Below are positions 48,780-62,720 of a stretch of 64,000 nucleotides of DNA, piece after piece. The stretch covers positions 112,222,001 to 112,286,000 of the forward strand of contig NC_045697.1 in NCBI RefSeq assembly GCF_009834535.1, read 5' to 3'. The notes beneath the pieces were generated by a model. That model worked only from the letters and a program-made list of their open reading frames with translations, had not been told where the DNA came from and searched no databases. Source of the DNA: Camelus ferus. Lineage: Eukaryota. The position numbers and the translations under genes are program-made. Within the stretch, counting starts at the first letter, position 1; each line of letters starts with the position of its first letter.

Positions 48780-51700
48780 GATTTGTACTTGTAATCTCTC
48801 AGCTGTTTGGTACGTTTCTTCTTAAACTGATTTTGCAAGTAAGTTTTCCTTAACTCAAAACTTTTTTTATTAAAATTAAACTTAAAAATTTTTAAGTTAA
48901 ATTTTAAACCATCTGAGATTAATTTTTGTATATGAAGTCTCGAATTTAACATTTTTAAGTGTGTAGCTAGTTAAGCCAATAATTTATATGCAATCTATCA
49001 TTTAAAAACCCCTGTAAACAAGATTATACTGTATACCACAGGGAAATATATACAAGATCTTATGGTAGCTCACAGAGAAAAAAATGTGACAATGGATATA
49101 TATATGTGTAACTGAAAAATTGTGCTCTACACTGGAATTTGATGCAACATTGTAAAATGATTATAAATCAATAAAAAATGTTAAACAAACAAACAAACAA
49201 AAAACCCCCTGTATTCAACTACAACTTTTGCCATAAACTTTTGTATGTATATATATACATACACATATATAAACACATCCATATAATATGAATTTCTTTC
49301 TTTCTATTGATTTATTTGTCTATTCCTATGCTAGTAAAATATCAGTATGATCATCCTGTAATATAAGGAAAATATCTTCCTTTTTATACATATAGATATA
49401 TATTGTATATATTATATGTAACAAATATATTTGCTACTCTTCTTGGATATTCTTGAAAATTTATTTTTCCATATTAGCTCCAATATCATTTTATTTAATT
49501 ACAATGTATTGATTTTTTTACTTTGAGTTGCTGTAAACTTACATATTAATTTTTTGAAAATTTATATTATTGTTATATGTCATCCAAAAAATCACAATAC
49601 ATCTTCATTTCATTGCATCTTTTTTGAGTCCTTCAAAATGATTTTATATTGTCTTCCTATAGATCCTGTGACTTTCTTGTTAAATTTATTACTAAAGATT
49701 TTATACTTTTGTTGCTCTTGTAAATATTTTTTCTCATTTTCTTTCTAATTATTTATGGCTAAATAGAGAATATTGGTTTTTTTCAAGCTATTCATATATG
49801 AAGAAATTTATCAAATTATCGTATTAAGTATAACGATTTTTAAGCCTAGAATTTCTTGAGTTTTCAAAGTATAAAATTGTGTCATTCATTTTTTACACAA
49901 ACTTTCATATATTCTTTTCCATTATTTACCCAGGGATTACACAAGAAAATTTCATTTTCTTGTCTAATTATTTACTACACTTCCGAGTTAATGATGAATG
50001 ATACTGTGATTCCCTATGCAATCTCCAATTATAATTGCAATTGTTTTAATATTCCAATATTTGGGATCATATTAGCTGTTGATTTTTGTTAGATAGTTGT
50101 CATTCTGTGTCGGTTGTGTTCTGCTATTTCTGTGTCACTTAGGATTCCTTTCAGGGATATATGAAACGTATCAAATGCCTTTCCTACCTCTAACGATATG
50201 ATTATATGATTTTCTTTCTCTGTTTATTGGTAAAATTGATTACGTTATCAGATTTCCTGAAGTATTTTTTGCATATGAGTGATTCAACTTCAGGAAATCT
50301 GATAACATAATAACTTTGAATAATTTATATTCTTTGCATAAACCCCTACGTGGGGCATGGGATATTAATCCCTTCATACAGGATTGGGTTCTAATTATTA
50401 ATACTTCATTTAAAATTTTTCATTGAAATCATTTAAAATGCTTTTTTTTTGTGATCTTTATTAAGTTTTGGCATTAAAGTTTGCTGTCTTAAAATCAACC
50501 GAAGAATTTTCCATGTGCTCTCACGTTGTTGAATATTTTAAATAACTGAAAATATTTGTTCTTTAAAGACTAGAGATTAGGTTGAATTTGCTATGAGTTG
50601 ATCTAATCCAGATTCTTTTATAATAGATTTTTCATTACTTTCCAGTCTTTTTATAGGTAATCCGTATGTTCCAAAATTTCTACTTCTTTTTAGATCCTGC
50701 TTGGAAATTTAAACTTTGCTATGAAATGTTTTATTTCCTGTTTAATTGAAAATTTATTGCCATAGTTTCAATTATAATTTTTTTATTCATGTAATGTCTT
50801 CAGTTGCTGATTATGTCAATTTTTTCAACCTTAATCCTGTATATCTTTGCTGTCCAACCACTCCTTAATCAAAGGTTTTATATGTTTCATTGGTATGTTT
50901 ATAGAATTTTTTAATTTATTTATTTTCTCTAATTTTAATTAATTTCTGCTTTGATTTATGTTAATTTCCCTTTCCAACTTTTTTGTTAACTTTTATTAAC
51001 ACTATCTCTGTTTCTTGTAAGTTCTGTGTTTATGTGCTTTCATCTTTAATAATGATAAAGGCACTAAAAGCAGTATGTTTTTCTAAACATAGCTTTTGCT
51101 ATGTTGCGTGTGTTCTCAGATAGTGTTTCCTCATTTATATGCTTTCCATATAATTTATATTCAGTTTTGCTTTCCTCTTTTATTCAGGGATTATTTTAGG
51201 AGTATGTTTATTAATTTGAAATTATTTAAGATTATTTAACATTCTCTAATTTTATTGGAATATGGTCAGCATATCTAATCCCTAAGATTTTCATAAGGAA
51301 AAACCCCACAAACTTTCCTCGTGGCCAAGTATATGATTTATTTTTGTTAGTTACCCATGAAAACACTAAAAAGCATAAGTTTTCTAATTGAAGAATGTAA
51401 GTTTCAATTTATAGCTATTAAATCAATTTTCTCAATGTTTAAAAGTAAATTCTTCGTATGTATGATTTCCATTTATATTTTTTCCTGTTTTTAATATCAG
51501 TTGATCTTTTCATTTCTTTTTTTATTTAATGCCTTTTATTTTGGTGATGGCTTTACTGACATATAATTCACATACCATACAATTTCACAAATTTAGAGTG
51601 TATGACCCAGTAGTTTTTAGTATATTCAGAGAGTTGGTCAATAGGCACATGAAAAGATACCTCTTATTTTGCACATTTTGCTAGTATGTTTTAGTATCTT

Positions 51701-52950
51701 CAGGTTTATGGGCGTCGTGTCTCCTACAGTTACATAATGTTTCCCTTTTTACCCGTGTGGCTATTTGAACCTTAAGCGCCACCTGATCTGATGATACTAT
51801 TGCCATTCTTGCATTATTTTCTTTGCATTTATACCTGTTTTACTTTCCCAATCCTTTCATGTTAAGTCTTTGTTTATCACTTTAATTTTAGTGAGTCTTT
51901 TACAAATAGCCTTTAGCTGAGTTTTGGTTTATAACTCAATTTCTATTTTTTAAGGGGAGAATTCAGTATATGAGTAATATATATGATTTTATTTTTTTCG
52001 TGGATAACAACTATTTTCCCTGAAAAGAAATTGCCCTTCCTCAACTGTCTCCCTGCACCACCGCACACATCAGAAGCAAATATAGAACATTTTTCCTTCT
52101 CCTCTGCCTACTTCCTCTAGGTTGAGACATTTTATGTCATTTTCTTCCACCCACAACTCCTCGTTTTGAAGTCACTGTAACAAAAGTTATGGGTTGTTGT
52201 GAGAATTAAATGAAAAATAAATGCTTAATACATTGCTTTTGATATGTAAGCAGTCAGTAAGTGTTGTTTGCTATAATTAAGACTATTCATTCTGGTATTT
52301 TCCACTTGGATTTATCTGTTAATAATCATGTTACAGGGCATTGGTCACCATGATTGACTGTCCTCTTCACTTTCCCATCTTAGTTGTCTTGTACTGTCTG
52401 TTCTTCTTTCACTTGGAGGGTGGGGGTAAGACACTTGCAGATTCCTTGCACGGCCTCAGCAGTCCTCCTTTAATGCTAACAGTTGAATGGGAGTGATTCT
52501 TGGGTCGCTGGCCTTGATTTTCAGTCTCATGTTTTTCCAATACCTTCCTGCTTCTGATGCTGCAGGTGAGAAATCAGATGAAAATCTGATCACTTTTTCC
52601 TTTGCAGATAACTTAGTCTTTGTGTCTGGGATAGTGGGATATTTTTTCTCTCTATCCTTGGTGTTCAGACATTTTACCAGGATGTAGCATGATTTTTATC
52701 CCCTTGTATTTTTTCTCCATTACTAAAATATTCCTTTGATCTGATTTTTCAAGCCACTAAGGCAGGTTGTAACAGGATCTATGCACTCTTTACATTTGTC
52801 TACTGAATCCTTTCCTCTGGAAATCTTAATTTTAAAAATTATTTTGTTAAGTATTGTTTTCTCCAGTGAGACTTTTCTTTGTATTGTATTTGTATCTCCT
52901 TGGGTATTCTGATTATAATTTTTGTTGGAGTCATCTGCTACCTTCTCCAG
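48780..52950 (-). mobile_element. Extended, very degenerate old L1 (L1M-type) tract
   Basis: AT-rich region with scattered reversed L1 remnants (ATTAGCTGTTGATTTTTGTTAGATAG, TCAAATGCCTTT, GTGGCCAAGTATATGATT, GAGAAATCAGATG). Confidence 0.5.
49017..49200 (+). mobile_element. Young L1 3' end (same subfamily as 12194-14212)
   Basis: Matches the reverse complement of ~12210-12390; (AAAC)n tail; TSD AAAA(A/C)CCCCTGTA at 49004-49016 and 49201-49213 at a TT/AAAA site. Confidence 0.9.
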
Positions 52951-54110
52951 TAGTTCTCTATCACCAGCATGTGTTTGTTTGTTTTTAGTCTCTCTGTCTT
53001 GGTAATTAGGTCCCTTTAAATTTAAATATACTGTTAGGTTACTTTAAAATCAATCATCTCTGTTGAGCATCCCACGGGGTAATTGCCTCACCTGTATCAG
53101 ATCCCCAGTGTTCACCAGGTCCTCACCCTGGCACTCAGGCTGGTCTTCAGGCTGTCACTCAATCTGAAACTGAGAAAACCCAGATCTGTTCTTTTATCTT
53201 GAGACTCTAACCAGCACCTCACACTTGACTGGCCTTTGGCTCAGGAGAGGCTGTGAGGCTGGAGCTGGGAATGGAGGAGCAGGAAGCCATGTCTGGAGTC
53301 CATCCCCGACCCCCAAACATTGAGCTCCCCACCATTTTTTAATAAATCTTATTCACCTGATCATATTTTAAGGACATGACTATCATTTTACCTATGGGAA
53401 CCTTTTATCACTCTGGGGTCACCAGTTCCAAAGGCCTGGATTTTTTTTTAAGGATCTGAATCCCTTAATCTTTACCGTGTCATGGTTAATTTATGCATTT
53501 TCAGTTTCCAGTCTTCTCTCTGCTTATGCCTGTAATGTTAATGTATAACTAGGATGGCAAAGGGTGTAGATTTTATAAGTTTCATAAAGGAAACCCATAT
53601 TAGGCCAGAAACCTGTATTTGCTTATTGGTGGCTCTCAGCTTGTGGGTGGAGAGTGGGGTGTGAGGACAGCCTTACCCTTTCCTTTCAAAGCTGTGTAAC
53701 TTATGTGACTTCACTCTTTGAGAAGGAATTCATCTTGTCCACTCTATCTCATCAATTTAGCAGGAATTACTTTTTTCTCCTGCTTCTAGTGTTCTCCTAG
53801 GCCTTTCCACTCACTGGAGATTTTGGGAAGTATCCTCTGGCAGACACTTCTATAATTAATCCCTTAATGAGCGAATTCTAGCTCATTAGAAAAATTTCAT
53901 GATTCCTACACAAACTAAGTAGAACAGAAACTCCATGAAGTTAGGAACATTATTTTTGTCTCCATTTTTTTCCCCAGCATCTAAATTGATGTCTGGCATA
54001 AAGTAGATGCCAATAAATATTTATTGTATATAAAGTTGGATTCAGTAATTCAATAAAAAACAATGCATTTTATTTTGTTATTTTCGTCCTGGGATGCAAA
54101 TATGACCCAG

Positions 54111-56890
54111 AAAATAAAATGGACAAACTAGAAGAAATGGACAAGTTGTTAGAAAGATACAATCTCTGAAAAATGAACCAGGAAGAAATAGAAAATGTGA
54201 ACAAACCAACTACCAGTACTGAAATTGAATCATTAATTTAAAAACTCCCAACAAACAAAAGTCCAGGACCAGATGCAAATTCTACCAAACATTTAGAGAA
54301 GAGTTAAAACCTGTCCTTAAATTATTCCAGAAAATTTCAGAAGAAAGTATACTTCTGAACTCATTCTTTGAGGCCAGCATTACCCAGATACCAAAACCAA
54401 ACAAAGATATTACAAAAAAAGAAAATTACAGGCCAATATGAATGATTCAAGAATTCTCAACAAAATACTAGCAAAGCAACTCCAGTAATACATCAGAAGG
54501 ATCACACAGCACGATCAAGTGGGATTTATCCCAGGGATGCAAGGATTTTTCAATATCTGCAAATCAGTCGATGTGATACAACACATTAACAAATTGAAGA
54601 ATCAAAACAATGAAGAATGATCACCTCAATAGATGCAGAAAAAGCTTTTGATAAAATTCAGCATCCATTTATGATAAAATCTCTCCAGAAAGTGGTTATA
54701 GAGGTAATATATCTTAACATAAAAAAGGCCATATATGCAAACCCACAGCTAACATCATACTCAACAGTGAAAATTTGAAATCATTTCCTCTAAGATGAAT
54801 AACAGGATAAGGATACCCTCTCTCACCACTTCCATTCAACACAGATTTGGAAGTCCAAGCAGCAACAATCAGAGAAGAAAAAGAAATAAAAGAAATCCAA
54901 ATTGGGAAAGAAGTAGTAAAACTGTCACTGTTTGCAGATGATGTGATTCTATACATAGAAAATCCTAAAGATGCTACCAGAAAACTACTAGGACTCATCA
55001 GTGAATTTGGCAAGGTTACAGAATATGAAGTTAACATACAGAAATCTGTTGCACTTCTATACATTAACAGTGAAATAACAGAAAAAGAAATTACGGAAAC
55101 AATCCCATTTAACGTTGCATCAAGAAGAATAAAATACCTAGGAATAAACCTACCTAAGGAGGCAAAAGAGCTGTACTCCAAAAACTATTAAGATGCTGAT
55201 GAAGGAAACTGATGATGACACAAACAGGTAGAAAGACATACCATGTGTACTTAAATTGGAAGAATCAATATTGTTAAAATGACTATGCTCCCTTAGGCAA
55301 TCTGCAGATTCAGTGAAATCCCTTTCAAGTTACCAATGTTATTTTTCACAGAACCAGAACAAAATAATGTTAGCTTTGTATGGAAACACAAAAGACCCCA
55401 AATAGGCAAAATAGTCTTTGAGAAAGAAGACAGAGCTGGAGGAATCACACTCCCTGACTTCAGACTGTGCTGCAAAGCTACCGCAATGAAACAGCATGAT
55501 ATTGGCACTGAAACAGACACATAGATCAACAGGATAGAAAGCTCAAAAATAAACTCACTCACTCATAGTCAGTCTTCCATAAAGAAGGCAAGAATGCGCA
55601 ATGAAGAAAAGACAATCTCTTCAGTAAGTGGTCCTGGGAAAATTGGACAGCTACAAGTAAAAGAATGAAATTACAACATTATTTAACACCATATACAAAA
55701 GTAAACTCAAAATGGAGTAAAGACCTAAATGTAAGACCAGATACTCTAAAAGTCTTAGAGGAAAACATAGGCAGAAAGATGACTCTTTGACATAAATCAC
55801 TGCAATATTTTTTGGATTTGTTTCCTACAGTAAAGGAAATAAAAACAAAAATAAACAAATGAGACCTAATTGAACTTAAGAGATTTTGCACAGCAAAGAA
55901 AGCAATAAAAAATGAAAAGGCAACCTACAGAATGGGAGAAAATATTTGCAAATGATGCCCCTGACAAGAGATTAATTTCCAAAATATACAAACAGGTCAT
56001 ACAGCTCAAAGTAAAAAAAACTAAATAACCCAATTAGAAATGGCCAGAAGACCTAAATAGACTTTTGTTCAAAGAAGACATACAGATGGCCAGTAGGCAC
56101 ATGAAAAGATGCCCAACATAGCTAATTATCAGAAAAATGGCAATCAAAACTACAATGAGGTATCACCTCACATCAGTCAGAATTGCCATCGTTAAAAAGT
56201 CCAACAAATGCTGGAGAGGGTGTGGAGAAAAGGGAACCCTCCTACACTGTTGGTAGGAATGCAGTTTGGTGCAGCCACTGTGGAGGACAGTGTGGAGGTT
56301 TCTTAAAAAACTAAAAATATGCACTCCTGTGCGTATAAAGCTCTTAATTCAAGAAGATACAGGTACCCCAATATTCATAGCAGCACTGTTTGTAATAATG
56401 AAGACATGGATGCAACCTAAATGTCCATCAACAGATGAATGGATAAAGAAGATGTGGTATATTTATATATACAATGGGATGTTACTGTGTCATAAAAAAG
56501 AATGAAATAATGCTATTTGTAACAGCATGGATGGACCTAGAGATTATTATATTAAGTGAAGTAAGACAGAGAAAGACAAATACATGATATCACTTATATG
56601 TGGAATCTAAAAAAAAAAAATGGTACAAATGAACTTATTTACATAACAGAAGATGACTCACAGACATGAAACAAACTTGTAGTTACCAAAGGGGAAAGGG
56701 TGGGGTGAGAGATAAATTAGAAGTTTAGGATTAACAGATACACACTACTATGTATAAAATAGATCAACAGGGACCTATAGTTCCAATAGGGAACTATATT
56801 CAGTATCTTGTAATAACCTATAATGGAAAAGAATCTGAAAAAGAATATATATATGTACAAATGTGTATATATAGGAGTATATACATATGA

Positions 56891-56945
<55 letters not shown>

Positions 56946-57029
56946 AAAACTGAATCATTTTGCTGTAGACCTGGAACTAACATGACATTGAAAATCAACT
57001 CTACACTAATAAAAAACAAATTAAAAAAG
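54111..57029 (+). mobile_element. 5'-truncated L1 (~2.9 kb), ORF2 disrupted by frameshifts and stops
   Basis: RT motif [43 protein letters not shown]; 3' UTR with (GT)n at ~56895-56942; perfect 13-bp TSD AAATATGACCCAG at 54098-54110 and 57030-57042. Confidence 0.96.
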
Positions 57030-58204
57030 AAATATGACCCAGGCATGGTCCCAATCTGTGTATAAAAATGCCTATTATCTCATTTATGTCTGTTTTCCTC
57101 TGCAAATAAATTATCTGAACTAAAAAGTAATTCTTTAAGAGACGAAGTCGAACTTCAAGAATAAAACATTTTTTGTGTTCTTTCCTTACATCATGACAAT
57201 TTAAAAGATATATATACCACACATGGGTATATTAAAATCAGTCTTTTTTTATTAGAATAATTTTCTCACTTTGTGGAGGAACTATTGCATGTAGCACAGT
57301 TGAGGGGCATCAGCCGGGGGAATGTACCTTCTGTCTGAGATGCTGGCTGTTTTGTTTGCTCCCTGTGGCATCACTAAAGAGTAATTGTCTTTGGGAGTCC
57401 ACTCAATTCAGACCCGGACAACACGCGAAGAGGTGCTTTAACTCCATGCTTTGTAATGACAACCAAACACAAAGAGTATTATCAGGTCACAGGATGAGCT
57501 GAAGATTATATAATCAATTTAAGAAGACAAATGTGTGTTCTTATATGGAAATGTATTACAAAGGAAATAGATGAGAGTTCTGGTATTGGATTTCAATTTC
57601 TCCTCTAAAAAGTACTTTGGTGGCCAAGTCAAACGTAAGAGCAGTGCTTTGTAATGCAGGTTCCGTGGGGTCGGCCCACCTCGTGTTTGTCACAGCACAC
57701 ACCTATCCCACCCTGCTTCAGGGCGCTCAGTCCCAGCCGCCTAGACTCTGCAGTCAGTGAAAGGACTCAAGGTTCTACTTTGCAGGTCGCCACTCAAATG
57801 CGTTCTCCAGACCAACTCTCCTAACTCCTCACTGTTTGCAACTCGAAGCAGTTCCTTCTGTATTTACCATGTTCTTAAGTGCCTGCCACTCCTGTCCTCT
57901 GACGTGTTTTCTCTCTTTGTAGGGTGCTGTTCTCTCTGACACCTAGGTCCATGTCCTTCTACATAACATTCAGTCATTTTCACATCACTCTTTCTGAGTC
58001 ATGGTGCAGCAGTCTGAAGATTTTGTGGTGTCTCACACTTTAGAAGGGAGAATCAGTTTCAGATGGAGTATGACAAAACCAGAATCTCCTCCACCAACAT
58101 CAAATACTTCCTCTGGCTGTGGTTTTTACTTTTTAGCCATTACCTGTATGATGGCAGGTTACACTGCCCTGTCTTTTTCCAGAATACAAGCCTGCAGTTG
58201 ATAA

Positions 58205-58480
58205 GAGCTAACATTTCTTTTTGGAACAGTCACCATGTGCAGGGACCTGCTATAAATGCTTTACATCTATAAATTCATTTAACTCTTACACCAACTCTAT
58301 CAAGTAGATTTTATTATTCCCATTTTTGTAGATGAGGAACCTGGGGGTAGAGAGAGATTCCTCATCTGCAAAATTTAGTAACTTGCCCAACTCACACTTT
58401 TAGTAATAAGAGGAAGTGAGGTGGAAATTCAAGCAATCAGCCTCCCCAGTTTGCACTTGTAATTGTTACACTATGCTGCC
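58205..58480 (-). mobile_element. MIR SINE with an inverted-duplication insert
   Basis: CATTTAACTCTTACACCAACTCTAT...CCCATTTTTGTAGATGAGGAACCTG...GTAACTTGCCCAA. Confidence 0.8.
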
Positions 58481-60044
58481 TCTCAAGACCTTGGATTTTC
58501 ACTCTTCCTGGAGTTAACAGCAAACTGCAGTGTCTGTCCTGTCAATAGCCACTATATATTTAGACAAAGAACATGGAATCAGGTTGGAGTCCTCAATTCT
58601 AAGTGAAAATGATCCCAAATTGCACAGAGCTGGGTCCGAACGTGTTATCACCTTACGAGGAAGGTACAAGTGAGCAGAGAATCAACACACAGTCCACCGA
58701 GTCCACATCACCCACCTACTCAAGCCTGTGCAGAGCTACGCATCCTTTGGTCCCTGGCTGCTGCTAGCCACAGTCAGTACAACTGTGCTGCCCTCCTGCG
58801 ACAGGCTCGTCTCTTCTGCATTGTTTGATTTCCTTCCTGAGGCAGAGTCTCCTGGTTGTCTCCCGTTATCCACTCTCCCTTCCTGAGCAAAAGAGCGACT
58901 CAGCCGAGATAATTTCCAGCTCCATTGTTTCACGGGAGCGACCAGATGACCAGGTTCCCGTCAGTGAGATGCGAGCAGATGTGTATGGAGTATGTAAGGA
59001 GTCTAGTCTTCTCAGTCAACCTCTCGCCTGGGTGCTGGCTGTTAGGGCTGCAGGTCTGGCAGTCAGCTTGGACCGTGAAAAGGGGCATCCTCTACGAATG
59101 GCTGTGAGGTGAGCTGGAGGGAGGCGGGGTCTAAGTACAGCCTTGAGGGACCCCTCTGCTGACCGTGGGCTCCATGTGTCCAGGTGTTTTGATATAGAAA
59201 AGAAAGAAACTTCTGTCTTGTTTAAGCAACTCTTATTTCGGGCTTCATTGCATCGTACTGCTGAACTGAATGGATACATTCTTTAAGTAGATGCCGTAAG
59301 TTTTGAGCAATGGACAAAAAAGGACAATAGAAAATCAGGTAAATAGGATGACAGTAATTTGCACATGAAGTAGTTTAGAGTTAGCTGCTTTTCTTGGATA
59401 GAAATTTATTTATTCTACTGGTACTGCTTTTCACAGAAAATAGTATTCATCAGAAAAATGTCTTCAGGATATTATCCACGAGAAAGAAAATATAGTGATC
59501 AAAGCAATATTAGAATAACTCAGCATAAAAGAAGTGTTTATTTCAACAAAAAGATATTCTTTGGTAATTTTACAGATGATATCTTTCCCTTTTCTTAACA
59601 ACTTTTTTTTTTATTGTTGTAATTATTATTGTGTGTGATTGAAAGTGTAGAACTTGGATATTTTAAAATATTTTAGGCATGTGTTTTATTGTTTTTTTTT
59701 CCTTTATTTTTAAAAACACAGTATTGGTACTAATATTTAAACAAAGCTTTCCTTCCTTTCTCATCTCTTGCTCCTAAACCCTCTATGAATTTGTTGTCCC
59801 CTAAAAATGAGTCATCTGAGATCTGAATACTAACTAGTGAACAGAAGTCTTTTGTTGCTCTAAAGATTAGTTGCTCGTGTGACCCATTCATCCTCAGTTT
59901 TACCAACACCCCCGCCCCCAAACACTCAGGTCATTGTCACCTTTGGCATGACTCGCTAGCTGGGACGCTGGTAGGTCCGGGAGTCTACAGGACTTTCAGT
60001 CCTGACTCTACCACTGAGGACTTGAATGACCTTGAGTCATAATA

Positions 60045-60280
60045 CCTGCTAATATGTTGGGCATCAGTCCATGGCAGGCACTTGTCTGATCTTTCTGCAT
60101 GTTTTAGCTCATTCAGTCCACATGACAACACACTGAGATGAGCATCATTACTTGAGGATTACGTAGTAGGAACTTGAGACAGAGAGTAAATACTTTGCTC
60201 AAACTTTTACAGTTAGAAAGTGAAGGAGCTGGACTTCAACTCAGCCCAGATGGTGATGGATCCTGCATTCATAGCCTCTA
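60045..60280 (-). mobile_element. MIR SINE
   Basis: GCTCATTCAGTCCACATGACAAC...GAACTTGAGACAGAGAG...GAGCTGGACTTCAACTCAG. Confidence 0.6.
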
Positions 60281-61981
60281 CCTGGGAAGTTCTATAACCA
60301 CTACAGAACCCTGTACTCATCTCTTACATAAGGATGCCTCTTAGCCAATCGTTTTGATAGCTTCTGTTTCAGAGTTTGTTATTAACATAGTGTCAATAGA
60401 TTATAATTGGGCATGACCTAGTCATGAGTCACAGAGATCTCATGTAACTGACAGTCTCCCAATACCCTCCAGTGCACCAGCCAGATACCTTGTGAAAAAT
60501 AAAATTTCCGGAGGCCACCAGAAACCTTCAGTTTTCTGATACAGGTCAGTAGCTGGCCTGGAATAGCTACAGCAAGTTCTAAATCATCTGCAAAATGGAC
60601 TGTTAATTCTGACACTAGCCAGTTTCGTCCCCATATGCTTTCTTCCTTGCTGTAATCTGACAATGACACGTGGGCATGTCTCCCTCCCTTCCTTATGATC
60701 CTGTGGTTGGCTGGATCCTGATGGTACGGAACATAGTTTTGTGGAGTGATTTTTACCTGGCAGAATTAGACAGCTTGGATCTAAACATTGCCTACTGGTA
60801 TGCGAAGTTCTCACATATCTACCATTATTTCCACAGTGGTTTGCAAACTGCTATATCAAGAAGTTAATGAGTCTTTTGCATTGCTTCAGTATTTTCCACA
60901 AGATGGTACTGTAATTGAAAGTTAAAGGTCTGTGGATTTTTTTTTGGTTGAATTAACCTAAAATAGAAGAAAGCTAAAGTGGCCTTATTGGTCAGTAAGA
61001 GATGTGTTTATTGGCATTGTTCACTTGGTTTCAATGAGGTCTGGAGTGTTTTATGGAGCGTGGACAGTCTTGGTGCTTAGCACATAAAATGTTGCTTGGC
61101 CAACTCCTTCAGCATCCTGCCATACTTCAGTAAACTCCACAGGAGTTTTCTTCTTGTGCCCTATTTGATATTTACTTGGCAAGTGACTTCTAAAACCATT
61201 TCTGCAAGTTGTTGTATTGGCACTGTTACAGAAAAGGGTGTTTGGTGAAAGTAATCAAAACATATAAATGTTCCAACATTCCCTTGCTTAAGCCAAGAGA
61301 AAAGGACCCGGGAGACTTCATTTTACTTAGCACAGTAGAATAAAAGCCATTACATGATAAATGTAGTGAAGATAGCGTTTGTCATACTATAACGATTCAA
61401 GATATGTTAAATATGTGAATAAGAAGTAACAGGAGATGGTAAGTAACACATGATGGCAAGGACCACATTCATAAATTACCAAGAAAAACTAACGAATATT
61501 TACATAAAATTTTTGCATGACTTAAAAATTGCATAACACCATGTAGCACTATGTCTCTAGAACATGGTAAATTTTCTAACACATATTCTTATTAATTGTA
61601 TTTTAGTTTGGTTGGATTTCTCCACAGTTAAAATCTCATCTATCCCAGTGGATGCGTATCTAAGTATTGATTGTCAAAACTTCTGTTGCCTGCAGTAAAA
61701 AGATGCTTCTAAGTATAGCAAAGGGGATTCTTTAGAGTCAATAAAAATTTTTTTAGGTCAAATAAACAGTGAAGTCCTTCACTCTAGCCCTTGGGTGATG
61801 TGGAGAGAGCACTTATTTCCAAGTCACTTTCCCTAGAGAAGTGTGATGCACAAGATTGGTCCAGTGGGTTCTGTCATTGTAGGTCAAATAAAGGTCAAAG
61901 CTAATTAACCCAATGACAAGTTGTGATGAATATTCCATCTTAACACCTGAATTTTGACAGAAAGTGTATTTTTTTCTCTAG

Positions 61982-62087
61982 TCTTTACCGAAGTCATGAT
62001 GAAAGAAATTATCCATTCTGATATAGACCAGAGAATGCCAGGGAGCAATCTGGGAAAGACGACAGTCACAGAGCAGGCTGAAAGAGA
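61982..62087 (+). other. Candidate 106-bp internal exon
   Basis: Polypyrimidine acceptor TTTTTTTCTCTAG ending 61981 and donor AGA|GTAAGT at 62088. One frame is open throughout (ATG at 61996: MMKEIIHSDIDQRMPGSNLGKTTVTEQAER). No homology recognised. Confidence 0.25.
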
Positions 62088-62109
62088 GTAAGTGAAGGAG
62101 CCTCTATAG

Positions 62110-62720
62110 AAGTAGAAGGATATTAACTTTATCTCCGAAGCACTGAAGGATTTTAAGCAGGAGCCTGTTGGGATTTGATTGGTTGGTTGAAGCCCTTCCT
62201 CTGGCATCTAAATAGAGAATGGATTCAAATGGATGCAGTTGAAGCTGAGGAAGATGTTTTCTTCCAGGCAGAAGATCACGCAGATGGGAGCTAGGGCAGA
62301 TTAGTAGGTATATGGGAGAGGTAGTAAATTTGAGAATCACTTATATGAAAAAAAGTGTGTCAGGGCTTGATAATTGATTGAATGTGAGAGGGAGGGGGCT
62401 CATTCTAACTCTCAGGTTGCTGGAATGGGGAACTGGGTAGGCTTAATTTTCAGTCACTGAGTTAGGCAATCTAGGGAGAGGGATGTTTTGGGAAGATGAT
62501 GCATTCAGTTATTCATGGCTTTTGTTCGCTTTGAAATATGGATGATTTTGGAGACGAAACTCATTAAGCGGAGGAGCTATTTAAAGCTGGTGATATTGTC
62601 ATTCTGGATCTTAGTTGAAACTTGGGGATCAAAGGGAAGCAAGATGGAAAATAATCAGTCCAGAATAAAAGACAAGAGAATCATTATTCAGAACATTAAT
62701 GAGGAAGCCATAAAGCTCTT
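62110..62720 (-). mobile_element. Degenerate L2 fragment
   Basis: CACTGAAGGATTTTAAGCAGG, GGGCTTGATAATTGATTGAATGTGAG and GCATTCAGTT resemble L2. Confidence 0.45.

Noticed and set aside
54111..57029. Reverse-transcriptase ORF fragments as a novel RT system
   Set aside because: Ordinary 5'-truncated, frameshifted LINE-1 ORF2.
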